A stretch of 63,644 bases of DNA, counting the filler, from Octopus bimaculoides (lineage: Eukaryota), in assembly GCF_001194135.2 (NCBI RefSeq). It is 5 parts of 5 records of this genome, joined end to end, with 100 filler letters (N's around TTAATTAATTAA, not from the genome) between each part and the next. Parts side by side here need not be neighbours in the genome. Positions count along the whole stretch, not along the records: positions 25,917 to 52,556 come from NC_068983.1; positions 52,657 to 60,625 come from NC_068986.1; positions 60,726 to 63,644 come from NW_026296827.1; 2 more parts are not named here. One strand, written 5' to 3'. Both the position numbers and the translations under genes were made by a program. Position 1 is the stretch's first letter. Every line of letters begins with the position of its first letter. The notes beneath the pieces were generated by a model. The model did no database searches. It worked only from the letters and a program-made list of their open reading frames with translations, and was not told the origin of the DNA. Shown here in pieces: positions 49,655 to 63,644 of the stretch.

Positions 49655-49935
<281 letters not shown>

Positions 49936-50047
49936 TCAACGATCATGTGAAATATATCTAAACATATGAGTGAAATAACAACAGGTGATAGTTATTGATA
50001 TTTATTTTATTTACGGCGTTATCTATAAGTGTGTATTTTATTTCCAG

Positions 50048-50158
50048 TTGCTCCATGCAGTTCCAATCCTTGCCTAAATAACGGAATATGCGTCGAGGAA
50101 GGATCGGAATTCACTTGTCAATGCATGGCAGGATTTACAGGAAAAGATTGTTCCAAAG
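50048..50158 (+). CDS. EGF-repeat protein, EGF exon 13
   Basis: AG/GT, 111 nt, phase 1-1; APCSSNPCLNNGICVEEGSEFTCQCMAGFTGKDCSK. Confidence 0.9.
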
Positions 50159-51544
50159 GTTTGTTAACGCTCGATTGCTTATACATACATACATACATAC
50201 ATACATACATACATAGAATATGTAACACATTGCCTAGATACCTATCTTGAGAAATTAGGCTTCTCAAAACAGAAAGGAGAAAGTTAATTCAAAGATTACA
50301 GATTCAATCCATCACTGGAACTGTAAAAATCTGTAAAGCTTTCCAGAAGTTTATCATTTAAATATATATAAGCATGGCTAGATATGCAACTATATGCATG
50401 AGAATACATATATAAAACAAAACATAAATTACAAATCTGCACATATACAAACCTACATACATACATACATACATTCATACATACATGCATACATACATGC
50501 ATACATACACACACACATACATACATACATACATACATACATGCAAAAAATACCTGGTTGTTGATGTTGAAATTCCAATGAAGGATCCTTAGATCTAGGT
50601 TAAGAACCGGAACTTTCTCTATTGGCAAGAAATCTGGAAATAAAACTAAATAATGACATATATACATACATACATATACAGGTGGCTCTTCGTCGGTCAC
50701 GACGACGGGTATTGCAGTTGATTCGATCAACTGAACAGCCTGATCGACAAATTAACGTGCAAGTGGCTGAGTACGTCACAAACACGTGTAACCTTACCGT
50801 AGATTCTCAAGAAGATTCAGCATGATACAGAATGTGACAAAATTGGCCCTTTGAAATATGGGTACCACTCACTTTTCTCAGCTGAGTGGACTGGAGCACC
50901 ATGAAATTAAATGTCTTGCTCAAGACTACAACGCATTGCAGGAAATCGAACTCACTACCTTATGACCAAATTCCATAACCACGCTCTTTCACACCTACAT
51001 ACATTCATGCATACATACATCCATGCATACATACATACATACATACATACATACATACATACATACATACATACATACGCACGCATGTATTTTGTGCATG
51101 TATGTCTGGAAGTATATAGGTATTTTCGAGTTTGCATAACTTTCATGGTTGGCTGAGACAGTACAGTAATCACTCATCATATCGCGGTTCACCGATCGCG
51201 CTCTCAGTACATCGCGGATTTTTTTGGTTAATATATTTAAATGTATATCGTGGACTCCTCACTACATCGCGTGTTTATGCGGCCGATAGATATTTATGCT
51301 TTCTTTTTTTAGATTTTAATTATCTCTGTGGTAAAATAAATATTTTCACGCCTAAAAATTAATGAATTAATAGATATAAATAGAGTACAGTACTGCACTA
51401 TATAACACATTAATTAAAATATATTGAAAGAAAATACGTAGTTTTACAGTAGATATATAAATAAATTCACAATATAGATTTGAAAATAAAATAACATGTG
51501 GATTATCAATACATTTACAACACTTACAAATATAACAGTTAAAT

Positions 51545-52070
51545 GATAAATACCTGATTATTCGGTGAAATCTATTGAGTTTGCAGAGCTTCTTGATAAA
51601 CAGCATTTTTGGTCTTTCCTTGTTGAGCATAAATTAACAAATGATTAGGATTGCCGACTCTTGAGTATCCCACATAAAGTTGGCCATGACAGAAAATTGG
51701 TTCCGCTAGGTTCAAACCTACCACGTCCAAGGACTGCCCCTGGGCTTTGGTAATGCCCATTGCAAAGCTCAGTTTCGACGGGAATTGCAGGCGCTTGTAC
51801 TGGAAAGGCATATCCGAGGAAATACCCAACTTATATTACTGAATATCATCTGCCTACAAACCCTCCAGTTCAAGTCTCAAAACCGCCATATCTGAGCCCT
51901 TATTGATGTATTTACATACATATTTACTACTTTTTATAGAGTTGCATGACTCAACATTAATAGGGGCTTGCAATATTTTAGACAGCAATGGCTTGTAGGG
52001 CACGATCCATCTGTTGTCAATTTCCATCCCTTGATCATTAACCTTGAGCTTGGTAGTGTTTAGAGCATGC
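51545..52070 (-). mobile_element. Helitron remnant (Rep fragment fused to PIF1 helicase C-terminus)
   Basis: IDNRWIVPYKPLL..I..A.INVE.CNSIKS.KYVCKYINKGSD (Rep), followed by SDMPFQYKRLQFP.KL.FAM.I.KAQGQSL..VGL.L..P.F.HGQLYV..SRV (helicase). Confidence 0.9.
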
Positions 52071-52831
52071 ATGGGCAACCTGCAGCCCTCGTCGAGTTTT
52101 TAGGTAATTCATTTTATACTAAGACAAATGAAATTAAGCAGAACTGTTTAAAATTCAGTGTAAAGTAGGCAAATAATATTTCATGCACATGTGTTTTATC
52201 ATGCGGCCCTCTCCCTCTTGGAAATGGTACGATGCGGCCCCCAGTTGACGAAAAGTTACCCGTCCTTGGTTTAGGGTGATTAAAGGAAAGTGAATGGGTT
52301 ATTTCCCTTGGCTAGGAAAATAAATGGGTTATTTCCCTTGGCTCTTAAAGGAAACTATATTAATTATATATGTGAAGCCGTCTAGGGGCGCTAACCATCC
52401 AATTAAAAATTTTTATTAAAATTCAATGAGCCTAGTAACAAACTGGATGTTACGTGAACATGTTTGCAAAGTTTCACGAAAATTCGTTAACAGGAGTTGA
52501 TGGCAACTTGACACAGACGCACATCCAAACACACAACTTGCGTCTATATATGTATANNNNNNNNNNNNNNNNNNNNNNNNNNNNNNNNNNNNNNNNNNNN
52601 TTAATTAATTAANNNNNNNNNNNNNNNNNNNNNNNNNNNNNNNNNNNNNNNNNNNNGTTTGTCTGTGGTGTTCTGGATTGATGCTTTTTGTACACTATTA
52701 TACATCTCTACGGTCTGGGTTTGTTGTTTTTTGTTTACTTCGTTTTTGCCGGAAATGTTACGTTTGTCCTCGTGTTTTGCTATCTCAGTGTTTATATTAT
52801 TATTTGGCAATGCTGTGTGACTACTATCTAG

Positions 52832-52900
<69 letters not shown>

Positions 52901-53377
52901 GTGGTGAGCTGGCAGAATTGTTATCACACCGGGCACAATGCTTAGCGACATTTCATCCGTTTTCACGTTGTGAGTTCAAATTTTGCCGAGGATGACTTTG
53001 CCTTTCATCCTTTCGAGATCGATGAAATAAGTACCACTTGAGCACTGGGATTGGTGTAATCGACTTGCCTCCGCCCCCGAAATTACTGGCATTGTGCAAA
53101 AATTTGAATCCAGTAGTAGTGGTGGTGGTGGCGGCGGCGGTTCTGGTAGTCGTGGTGATACTGGTCGTACGTTATGTCTACGACTAAAATAAAATTTAGT
53201 ATTTTAGTTTATTTATCTCTTACTCATCCATCACTTTTTAAATTAATATTTTATGTGATCTATCTGAATAAATTAAAACCAGAAACTTTGTCTCAGTTTT
53301 TTTCTTGAATCTCAACAAATTTTTCTCAAATTAGCAGACTTAAATTTTTCAATTTTATCCCTATAAATTTGCCACTC

Positions 53378-54238
53378 TACGAAATTCGATCAGTAAGTAT
53401 AGGGAATGTTGCCATAGTAACAAAGCTAAAGCACGCAGGGTAAAGCCACTTGGCACAATTTGATCTTAGACTCTGCTGTGCATGCGCACTAAGTTTTAAC
53501 GTTCTAGCTCATTTTCGCTGTTTACAGCAGTGCTTGGAATGAAGGTGTGTAGAGTGTGATCGTCGCATTGACCATGAAAGAGAAAGTTGTCATGGCGATA
53601 CTTGCTCAGTGGCCTATGCAAAGTTGCAGAAAAATGTATGGAGGGGAGTGTAAGAGCCCCATACAAGTGTATGAGAGTTTCAGACGATTCCAAGATGGCC
53701 GAAAAAATGTTGATATTGACGAATGCTCTGGGAGACCCGCATCCAGCGGAACTGAGAAAAATCTCGCAGATGTGCGTGCGGCTGTGAGGAGAAATCGTCG
53801 AATCACCATCCGTGAATTATCAGAGGAAATGCAGATTAGTTACGGTTCAGTTCAGTCCATTATCACTGAAGATTTGGGTATGAGATGCGACTCTGTCAAG
53901 TTTGTGCCAAAACTGCTTTCAGCTGAACAGAAATACACTCGAGTTTCAGTTGCACAAGAGTTCCTTGATTGTGTCGAGAACGATGAAAACTTTTTGAAAA
54001 CTTTGCATAGGCCTCTGAGCAGGTATCACCAAGCTTTTTGATGCAGATTCTCTGCTCTACTTTCTCAGTCATTGTCAATGTGACGATCACACACTACACA
54101 CCTTCTTTCCAAGTATTGCTGTAAACAGCAGACGTAAGCTAGAACGTTAAATCTTAGTGCACATACACAACAAAGTTTACTGCCAATTTGTGCCAAGCGG
54201 CTTCACTCTGCGTGCTTTAGCTTTACTATAAGGCAACA
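53378..54238. mobile_element. Mariner-derived foldback element (two 5' ends facing inward)
   Basis: Plus ORF with FRRF.DGR....D.E.SGRP...RRITIREL...SYGSVQSI..EDLGM....KFVPKLL. Positions ~53990-54238 are the reverse complement of ~53407-53630 and encode MTEKVEQRICIK. Confidence 0.85.
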
Positions 54239-54244
54239 GTCCGA

Positions 54245-55900
54245 AGAGTAATTGATCAGGCCACCTTTGATCTTGGTTTCCTGTTTTCCTTTATCTACCA
54301 CAACAATATCTGGTCTCCGAGCCTCGATTAGGGAGTCATACTGGATTGTAAAATCCCACAGTATCTTATGTTCCTTGTTCTTGGTGACTCCTTCTCTTTT
54401 ATGTTCGTACCATTTCCGTGCTTTGTTCAGGCTGTACTTTTCACATAGCCTCCAGTGGACGAACTTAGCTACGTTATCATGCCTCCTTTTGAAGTCCTTT
54501 TGGGCAAACTTGCTACATCCACTCACAATATGCGAGATTGTTTCGTTTCTGCTGCCACACATCCTACAAAAGGGCGATTCGCTACTCCTATATATTTGGA
54601 ACTTGGTGTAATTAGTTCTCAGAGCTTGTTCCTGGGCGCTGTATATCAGTGCCTCAGTGAATCCATTCAGATAACTTTTTCTTAGCCATCTCTAAGTGTT
54701 GATCTTGTCTTTTCTCTCGATTTCTCTGAGGTATTGCCCATGCAGTGGTTTCATTTTCCAGTAGTTTACTCTTTTCTTCTTCGTCTTGTTTCCTAAATGT
54801 TTGTGTGGGTGCATCACATTTTTAAGGTCGACTTTGCCTTTCATCCTTTCGAGGTCGATAAATTAAGTACCAGTTGCATACTGGGGTCGATCTAATCGAC
54901 TGGCCCCCTTCCCAAAAATTTTGCGTCTTGTGCCTAGAGGAGAAAATATTATTTTAAGATGTTTAGCATGTTGATGAAACCAGAGAGCATCACAATTATA
55001 TTCTTTAAGATCTAACCTGATCAATGTCCAAAACTTTAGTACTTTCCCCTTCGGGAGATGTAGTCTTGATGGTTATGTTTGCTTTTGTTATCTTCCAGTA
55101 AAACTTTTTAGGATTGTTCCAGAACATATTGTTATCCTTGAAAAAGTATACTCTTTTTTCGAGTTTCCTTATCCGTTCTACTTTAACTTGGATAATTTGC
55201 ATGATTTTTTTAATTACTTCATTGATTTCGTTTACTGTCATATTTTCTTTTCAGTTTCTTAGCTTTTGGTATCTTTTTATTTGTTTATTTTTTTTTTTTT
55301 TGCACTTGATGTTCTTGTACAGATCTGTGTACACTAATTCTATTTCTAATTCTCATTTGTTATACTTGTTTCCTGTTTATGTGTTGATTCTTTCTCTTTA
55401 TCTGAATACCACACAGATCACTAGTTGTTGAAGCTGCAGCAAAAAGTAGATCATTCAGCGAGATGTGATCTACTTCGTTTTCACTCATGATGACTTTATA
55501 ACTGCATTTGCCTTGCCTATTAGTCTATTAGATTGCTTTAAGTTGCGAATCTTTGGAAAATCATTACAGTCTCGCAGTTCGGTGTATTTGGCCTTCGGCC
55601 ACTCTGACAGAATGTTCGCTTTTAGACCGTCGTGTTCAATATCTGTTTCCATTTCCACTGTAATCAGCGTCTGGGGCAAGCAAATTTGTCGAGTAGCTCA
55701 CTTTTGGTATTTGTCGTGTTAGATTCTACATGCACAGTGGAGAGATGATTTGTATCATTACTTGAATCATTATTTGTATGATTATTGGCTTGAACATATA
55801 ATTGAATCTGTTGGGTGTCCAAGTCAGTCAATAGCCTTTTCTTTATGATGTTCCTGCGAACAGAAGCTAATTTATTACTATCTATGTGCCCGACAGACAA
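54245..55900 (-). mobile_element. R4/Dong-like LINE remnant (CCHC plus restriction-like endonuclease, N-terminal fragments)
   Basis: EALIYSAQEQAL.T...CRMCG...ETISHIVSGC...RRHDNVA..VHW...W......ILWDF.I..D..IEARRPDIVV. Upstream fragments NNMFWNNPKKFY and RRNIIKKRLL; the RT domain is not seen. Confidence 0.85.
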
Positions 55901-57444
55901 TTACCCAACCGTCAACTGCCAGATGGACAAATGTCCAACAGATACAACTGCCAGATGGATAATTGCCCGATAATTTTAAAGTAAATTGAAACTAAAAAAA
56001 AAAATATTAAAATTAACTAAACTAAAATTATATTAAACCTTTTTAGTTGTCATAGCGTAACAAAAAAAAAAAAGAAACAGTTTTGTTTATCAAATGTTGT
56101 TCGGCACATCTCCACACCCCACTCGCCTGCTCATCAGTCACTATGTTGCTATAGCAAGCCAATTTTGTATATCAATCTGACCTTCCGTAGTGCTTTTGAT
56201 TATACACATTACTGGTTTCCTGTAAATTGTCAGACTCTTTTACCAGTATCCAACCATTAGGTCCCTACTAGGTGCCTTCCCATTATGCAATTTACCTATG
56301 GTAAAAGTTTCCGGATCAATTGCATATGTTTTACTGCTGATGGTACACTATTCTCTACTTCCTGCATTTAGCCACGATGCATTAGGCTGAGATGCCGATC
56401 CCTCTTTTCAGTCAGAATGATTCCAGATCTTCTTGAGAGGGAGCTTTCTTGACGGTAATATTTCCCTTCCTCATCTCTCTGTATATGTACGTGGATTAGA
56501 ATCAAACTTGTGATTTATACAGACTCGTTCAAAATCAGGTCTACAATAGAAAAGATTTTCGCTCAGTGCCCTGAGTTCGTGTTTTAGAGTAATTAACCTT
56601 CCTTCAAGAGCTTAGTGTGAAGAGTCACCATAGAGCTTTGTTAGTTTATTCAAATGATGTAATTGATGACGTGTAAACTCATTATTCCTCTTACATTTTA
56701 TTATCGTTGTTAATGATCCAATATGGTGCCGCAGATTGTAGATGTTTTCTTCAAGTTTTCCTTCTAGGTTGCTTCTGTTTAGAATTTTATTACTATGTAC
56801 GCTGTAGATTTCTTCTAAGTGTTCGTTAATAATAATAGCAGCTGTGTATATGAAAGTATTAATATTTCAATAATTAACATCACATGATTCCACGTATTCT
56901 CCAGTGACATCGTCGATAACTTTCAACATAAGAGCTGTTGGATTTTTTCTTAATCTTCTTAAGAATGGCCTGTCGTTTAACGATGGTTTCGGAAAAATAG
57001 AAACGTTGTCTACGAACTGTAGTTTCGGGATGTTTCCGAGTTTAATATATTCCACAGTTCTCTCTGTTGAATCAACTACATTTGAAATTTAATGGTGGAT
57101 GTAGCTATTTGTTCACATTATTTTTTATCTTTATTCTGGCAGATTTGGGTCAATTATCAGTGTTTTGAGAAGATAGATTTACATCACAAGAGCAAGTCAT
57201 TTTTTTTTCTTTTAAGACACGTTTGTTGTTAAAGTTGTTTTGCAGTAAAGTTGCTTAAGTTGGGATGAGCTTCGTCCCAGTACTTTTTTACTGCTTCATG
57301 TATCCAATAGAAGGATCTCCAAGGGCTTCTTCAGAGCATCGAAGAAGATTTTCGTTTATATGTAGTGTCCTTTTCGTTTATATGTTGTGAGAGGAGTGTT
57401 TAAGTTTTCTCAGATTGTTTACTGGTACTGTAGTACTGTTTTCA

Positions 57445-57521
<77 letters not shown>

Positions 57522-58079
57522 ATAGTGTTATTAATTTCAGCCATGATTGTGTTACCCGGTCTGAATAACGCTATGTTGGTAAGTAAAAGGCGTTTCTCTT
57601 ATCTACAAGAGGAGAAATAAACCAGTTCATGGTTTAGGGTACAGATAGAGAAGTCGGAATAAATGCAGATGAAATCGTTCAAAAGGAAATTTTAAACGGT
57701 TTTCTACGCCTGAACGCCTGATGCAGTTGTGCCAGTTGGTATGTTATTATTCAGTTTATTTCAAGATTTCTTGCCAATAGAGCAAGAACCGGTTTCTAAC
57801 CTAGATCCAAGACTCCTTCATTGGAATTTCAACATCAACAACAGGGTATGTATGTATGTATGTATGTATGTATGTATGTATGTATGTTGTATGTATGTGC
57901 AGATTTGTATGTTTTATGTATGTATTCTCTTGCATATAGTTGCATATCTAGACATGCTCATATATATTTAAATGATGAACTTCTGGAAAGTTTTACAGAT
58001 TTTCACAGTTCCAGTGATGGATTGGATCTGCAGTCTATTGTATGTATGTATGTATGTATGTATGTACGTACGTACGTGC

Positions 58080-58110
<31 letters not shown>

Positions 58111-58372
58111 TGTATGTATGTATGTATGTATGTATGTATGACTATACGTATGCATGTATGTATGCATTATGGGAAAGTTTGTTTTTAATTATAGTTATAT
58201 ATAAAAGTGAAATAATAACACCACATGATACAATTTAAGTAGAATATCAAATGTACTTTCAGAGAACGAAAAGGTTGATAGTTTCACGAGGCCAACGACA
58301 GATGCATCTGCAAAGTCAGTGTCACCTTTTCCATTTCAAGGTGTATAAACTCACAAGCATACGCATCGCGCG

Positions 58373-58434
<62 letters not shown>

Positions 58435-59053
58435 NNNNNNNNNNNNNNNNNNNNNNNNNNNNNNNNNNNNNNNNNNNNNNNNNNNNNNNNNNNNNNNNNN
58501 NNNNNNNNNNNNNNNNNNNNNNNNNNNNNNNNNNNNNNNNNNNNNNNNNNNNNNNNNNNNNNNNNNNNNNNNNNNNNNNNNNNNNNNNNNNNNNNNNNNN
58601 NNNNNNNNNNNNNNNNNNNNNNNNNNNNNNNNNNNNNNNNNNNNNNNNNNNNNNNNNNNNNNNNNNNNNNNNNNNNNNNNNNNNNNNNNNNNNNNNNNNN
58701 NNNNNNNNNNNNNNNNNNNNNNNNNNNNNNNNNNNNNNNNNNNNNNNNNNNNNNNNNNNNNNNNNNNNNNNNNNNNNNNNNNNNNNNNNNNNNNNNNNNN
58801 NNNNNNNNNNNNNNNNNNNNNNNNNNNNNNNNNNNNNNNNNNNNNNNNNNNNNNNNNNNNNNNNNNNNNNNNNNNNNNNNNNNNNNNNNNNNNNNNNNNN
58901 NNNNNNNNNNNNNNNNNNNNNNNNNNNNNNNNNNNNNNNNNNNNNNNNNNNNNNNNNNNNNNNNNNNNNNNNNNNNNNNNNNNNNNNNNNNNNNNNNNNN
59001 NNNNNNNNNNNNNNNNNNNNNNNNNNNNNNNNNNNNNNNNNNNNNNNNNNNNN

Positions 59054-59880
59054 TAACACCATCTCCTTCGAAATAGTCGCTTTGCGCAGCAGCACACCGG
59101 TTCCAATGTTCTTGTTGCTTTTGGAATCTGGCCTAGAAGTCGTTTTCCGTAAGCGAGTTGGGGACCTGCGATTCGCTCTGGATCTCGACAACAGGTGTTA
59201 AAACGGCTACCTTTGACTTTCCATCTCTTACCCTTACCTAGCGGAAGAGATGGAAGTCCACAGGTGCTAAATCTACCGAATAGAGCGGCTGCGGAAGCGA
59301 TACCATGTTGCTTTTGGCAAAAAACTCGCGAGTGAGAAGAGCTCAGTGAAGAATCCAATTCTTCGCGCTTCACAGATTCGATCGCTTTCAACGAATGTCC
59401 TCCTCAAACGCTTCAAAACGTCGTAGTAAAACTCTCAATTGACGGTATGGCCCTGGGGAACGAATTCTCGATGCAAAATACCACATTTCCGGGGGTGACG
59501 CTCGTAGTAGGGCTTCCAGGTCGCTCATCGTCTTCCATGGACGTTCTTCCGCTTTTGAAGTGCCCATGTCACTCGAAACATTGCGCACAATCCATTACGT
59601 CGTCGTTGTAAGCATGCTCAATGTCTCTGTGGCAGACTTCCCATGCTTAATGCAAAATTTCACGTTGGCTCTTTATTCCTGTCCATGACAAAAGCGCAGA
59701 CTACAGCTTACACGTGATCACAAAAACACAAATTTCACAACTTGCGAAGTAAACACAGCGATGTCACTCAGGTACACTACCTCATCAAGGTCACTGCTAG
59801 CTCTCACTGCGCACGCAACCGTGTGCTGCCATCTATTAGTAGCATACACTAGTCCAGGAAGTTTTTGATACCACCGCATA
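59054..59880 (-). mobile_element. Internally deleted mariner element
   Basis: TIR-like tatgcggtggtatcaaaaacttcctgg. N-terminal NVKFCIKHGKSATETL..L...FEWHGHFKSGRTSMEDDERPG, then FVPQGHTVN.EFY..VLKRL and PLYSVDLAPVDFHLF (YSPDLAP). Confidence 0.85.
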
Positions 59881-60543
59881 TTTGGCTGCTATATTTTTTA
59901 CAAGTAAAGCAACCAAGTTGTTCATAGAGAAAATATTGTTAATGTTAATGTAAATATATTTCCTACTCATTCGATTTGGTTTGAGGAATGGAATAATATC
60001 CAAAGATATACATCAAAATTAAACTACTAGCACTAATTTTCATATATCATTGATTCTGAATAGTCTAGCATGAGAATGCCGATAGCAAAGAATTATTTTA
60101 TAATTAACCTAATTAAATAATTTATTGTAATAATGATGTCTTCCTTATAATTATGTTCTGGCATTGTTGTATGAGAGCAACAATCTCATTTGCTTTTTAA
60201 CACACTTTTGAAATTAATTTTTAAATGATGTTCGTCTGTTTCTATGTCTCTAACACAGAGCATATCAACTACTAATGTCTCAACTGATTGTTCTAATCAC
60301 CCGAGCAAAGCATTAATACTTTCAGGGAAAAATGTAGCTGAAACAAAGAAACATGGGTAGACATATTTTGCTCATACATACGTAATCTCCTATGTATGCA
60401 TAGACAAATGCATAAATTGATGCATACACTCATATACATACATATATGTGTGTATAAATATATTTTCCTTTTATTCTTTTTTCTTTTTTTCTTTCGGCTA
60501 TAATCATTGTAATGCGACCAGCCTCGGGCAATACCCTGAGAGA

Positions 60544-60625
<82 letters not shown>

Positions 60626-60725
60626 NNNNNNNNNNNNNNNNNNNNNNNNNNNNNNNNNNNNNNNNNNNNTTAATTAATTAANNNNNNNNNNNNNNNNNNN
60701 NNNNNNNNNNNNNNNNNNNNNNNNN

Positions 60726-60771
<46 letters not shown>

Positions 60772-61922
60772 TACTATCACCGGTACCGTTACCAATGAAA
60801 CACTAAACGCTATTTCTCTGCAGCGGCGTGCTTAAATGGACAGCAGCATACTGAACACTAAACTTCCTCAGTTTAATGCTGCCAATAACTTTAAACAGAC
60901 ATCTATATCATCTTGTTAACAGCTCACTAATTAACAGATGAAAAATTATTCTTTCATGAACTGGCATACATTCAGAATTTTGAACTTTAATGGAACTCGA
61001 CTATGGATTAATTGCAGAAGAGCGTGGAGTTTCTGGGGGTGGAATCCAGACAAAATACCGAACAGTATAAAATCTGTTATGAAGTTTATTACTAGGTCGT
61101 TCAAGGTTGTTTGCAACGATCAGTTTGTTTGAAAGTGTTTGGTTTCCAGTTTCGGTGTACCTTACTTACCAAACCAGTTTTATGGTAATATCTCTATGGT
61201 AATATCTCTAGGTGAATATCCCATTTACTAGGTGCATATCCATAACTTTTTGCATATTCTATCTGTTATTATGAACATTACGATTATTATCTTAATTCCG
61301 AGCTCCTAGAAACGGCTGTCGAGTTGAAAACCTATGCATTCTCTCCTTAGTGTTCTGCATTTTCTATGCTTACGCACACTCAGAGAGTCACACACAGAGC
61401 TACACATATCTTTTATCTTTTACTTGTTTCAGTTATTAGGCTACAGCCATACTGGAGCACCGCCCTAAAGAACTTTTAACTGAATGAATCGACCCAGGCA
61501 CTTATTTTTTTATGCCTGATACTTGTTCTACCGGTGTGTTTTGCCAAACAGCTAATTTACGTGGACACAAACACACCAACACAGTTTGTGAAGTGGTGAA
61601 GATACACACACACACACACAAACACACAAATACACGCACACACGCACACAAACACACACACACACAAACACAGATGACGGGCTTCTTTCAGTTTCCGTCT
61701 AGCAGATCCATTCACAAGCCTTTGGTCGGCCCGAGAATATAAGAGAAAACACTTTCCCAAGGTGCCACACAGAAGGACTGAACCTGGAACCATGCCGTTT
61801 GGGAAGCAGATTTTTTACCATACAGCCACGCCCATGCCTATGTATACTTTCATCACGTCTATTCGTATACAGATACATAGAGGCATACTAACACCGAAGC
61901 ATTCACAGATACATACATAGAT

Positions 61923-61955
<33 letters not shown>

Positions 61956-62886
61956 GATACACACATGCACACACTCACTCATACAGTCACATACAAAGCC
62001 GCGCGCACACACACAAACATATATATGCACACATCACCACGTATACCTGCTTACATGCTCACACAGATACACTCCCATAAACACAAACATACGATCAAAT
62101 ACACGTATATACACATGCATACACATACACACCTCAAGTACACTGACTGACACAAACACATACATATACACAAGACACGCATACACAAACACGCAAACAT
62201 ACATATGCATATTTTGATCACGTTAATACATACACAGATAAAGAGATAGATAAACGTTCATAGACATATACATACACAAATACACACACGCATACCCACA
62301 CCCATGCGCTTACACACACACATAAACACGAAGAACACACACACACACATATATATATCTATATATATAAATACTTTCATTACACACACACACACNNNNN
62401 NNNNNNNNNNNNNNNNNNNNNNNNNNNNNNNNNNNNNNNNNNNNNNNNNNNNNNNNNNNNNNNNNNNNNNNNNNNNNNNNNNNNNNNNNNNNNNNNNNNN
62501 NNNNNNNNNNNNNNNNNNNNNNNNNNNNNNNNNNNNNNNNNNNNNNNNNNNNNNNNNNNNNNNNNNNNNNNNNNNNNNNNNNNNNNNNNNNNNNNNNNNN
62601 NNNNNNNNNNNNNNNNNNNNNNNNNNNNNNNNNNNNNNNNNNNNNNNNNNNNNNNNNNNNNNNNNNNNNNNNNNNNNNNNNNNNNNNNNNNNNNNNNNNN
62701 NNNNNNNNNNNNNNNNNNNNNNNNNNNNNNNNNNNNNNNNNNNNNNNNNNNNNNNNNNNNNNNNNNNNNNNNNNNNNNNNNNNNNNNNNNNNNNNNNNNN
62801 NNNNNNNNNNNNNNNNNNNNNNNNNNNNNNNNNNNNNNNNNNNNNNNNNNNNNNNNNNNNNNNNNNNNNNNNNNNNNNNNNNNNNN

Positions 62887-62926
<40 letters not shown>

Positions 62927-63059
62927 ACACACTGACACAGACACACACATGTCTTAGTGCGCATGAGCAAGCGATCACATTTACCATCACAGGTGAATTC
63001 ACAGACCTTTCTTCACAAGACAGACACGTTCAATGAAAATCACGTTTGATTATTTCAAG

Positions 63060-63644
63060 TCTGAAAACGAACAATGATACAACAACAAAAACAACAACAA
63101 AAACAACAACAACAACAACGACGATGATGACGATGACGATGACGACGATGACGACATTAACAAATAGAAGAATAAAAACATGAAATGCAAAACAAAAACA
63201 ACACCATAAAAATAAATACAAGTGTATGAATAGACATACAGAACAGAACGACAATGCCAACAGCAACATCAATGACAGATGGAATGACAGCAGCAGCAGC
63301 GAGGAGAACAGTAGTAGTAACAATGGCAGTGGCAGCGGCGGTAGCAGCAGTAGCAGCAGCAGAAGCAGCAGCGACTGCGTGAAGAAGAGCAGCGACAAAG
63401 GGAGAAACAATAGTCGAAATGATAACGGAGCAACAACAACAACAACAACAACAACAATAGCAACAACAACAACAAATACAAAGGCGTCGTCATCGTCTTC
63501 ATCATCGTCATCATCGTCATCGTTACCATCGCCATCGTCACCATCACTACCACCATGATCATCGTCATCAATATCATCATCATCAACGTTGTCATCATCA
63601 TCATCATCATCGCCATCATCATCACCACCACCACCACCACCACC
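63060..63644. repeat. Compound trinucleotide microsatellite / low-complexity tract
   Basis: Successive (AAC)n, (GAC/GAT)n, (AGC)n, (ATC)n and (ACC)n runs. Confidence 0.9.

Noticed and set aside
56085-56140. Minus-strand ctgatgagca...tgccgaac as a hammerhead
   Set aside because: It has GAAC instead of GAAA and no pairable stems I or III.
63030-63644. S/T/N-rich and poly-M/V/L ORFs as a possible mucin-like stalk exon of the EGF gene
   Set aside because: They are built entirely from trinucleotide microsatellites, with open frames on both strands and no convincing splice sites.

Overview
AT-rich, microsatellite-dense, gap-rich eukaryotic genomic DNA. The repeat content (RTE, Dong/R4, Tx1 and Penelope-like retroelements, three tRNA-derived SINE families, many mariners) suggests a coleoid cephalopod, probably an Octopus draft scaffold; this is inference. 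Two genes are supported. (1) On the minus strand, five 3' exons of RRP5/PDCD11 (acidic linker plus HAT/TPR C-terminus, 5126-16919). Two expected exons are not visible and probably lie in N gaps, and the S1-domain 5' part is absent from the window. (2) On the plus strand, thirteen GT-AG exons of exactly 111 nt, all phase 1-1 (29255-50158), each encoding one six-cysteine EGF repeat without the calcium-binding consensus; the first and last exons of this gene are not visible. Most interesting observations: this freely skippable one-exon-one-EGF array, with a recent exon duplication and an in-frame poison acceptor; a pair of inverted ~600-bp repeats that each carry a minimal type I hammerhead-ribozyme-like motif; a Tx1-like LINE inserted with a 6-bp TSD into a tRNA-derived SINE; and a mariner foldback. 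Four identical 44N-TTAATTAATTAA-44N spacers look like artificial joins, so long-range gene order is uncertain. All alignments, translations and folds were done by eye.
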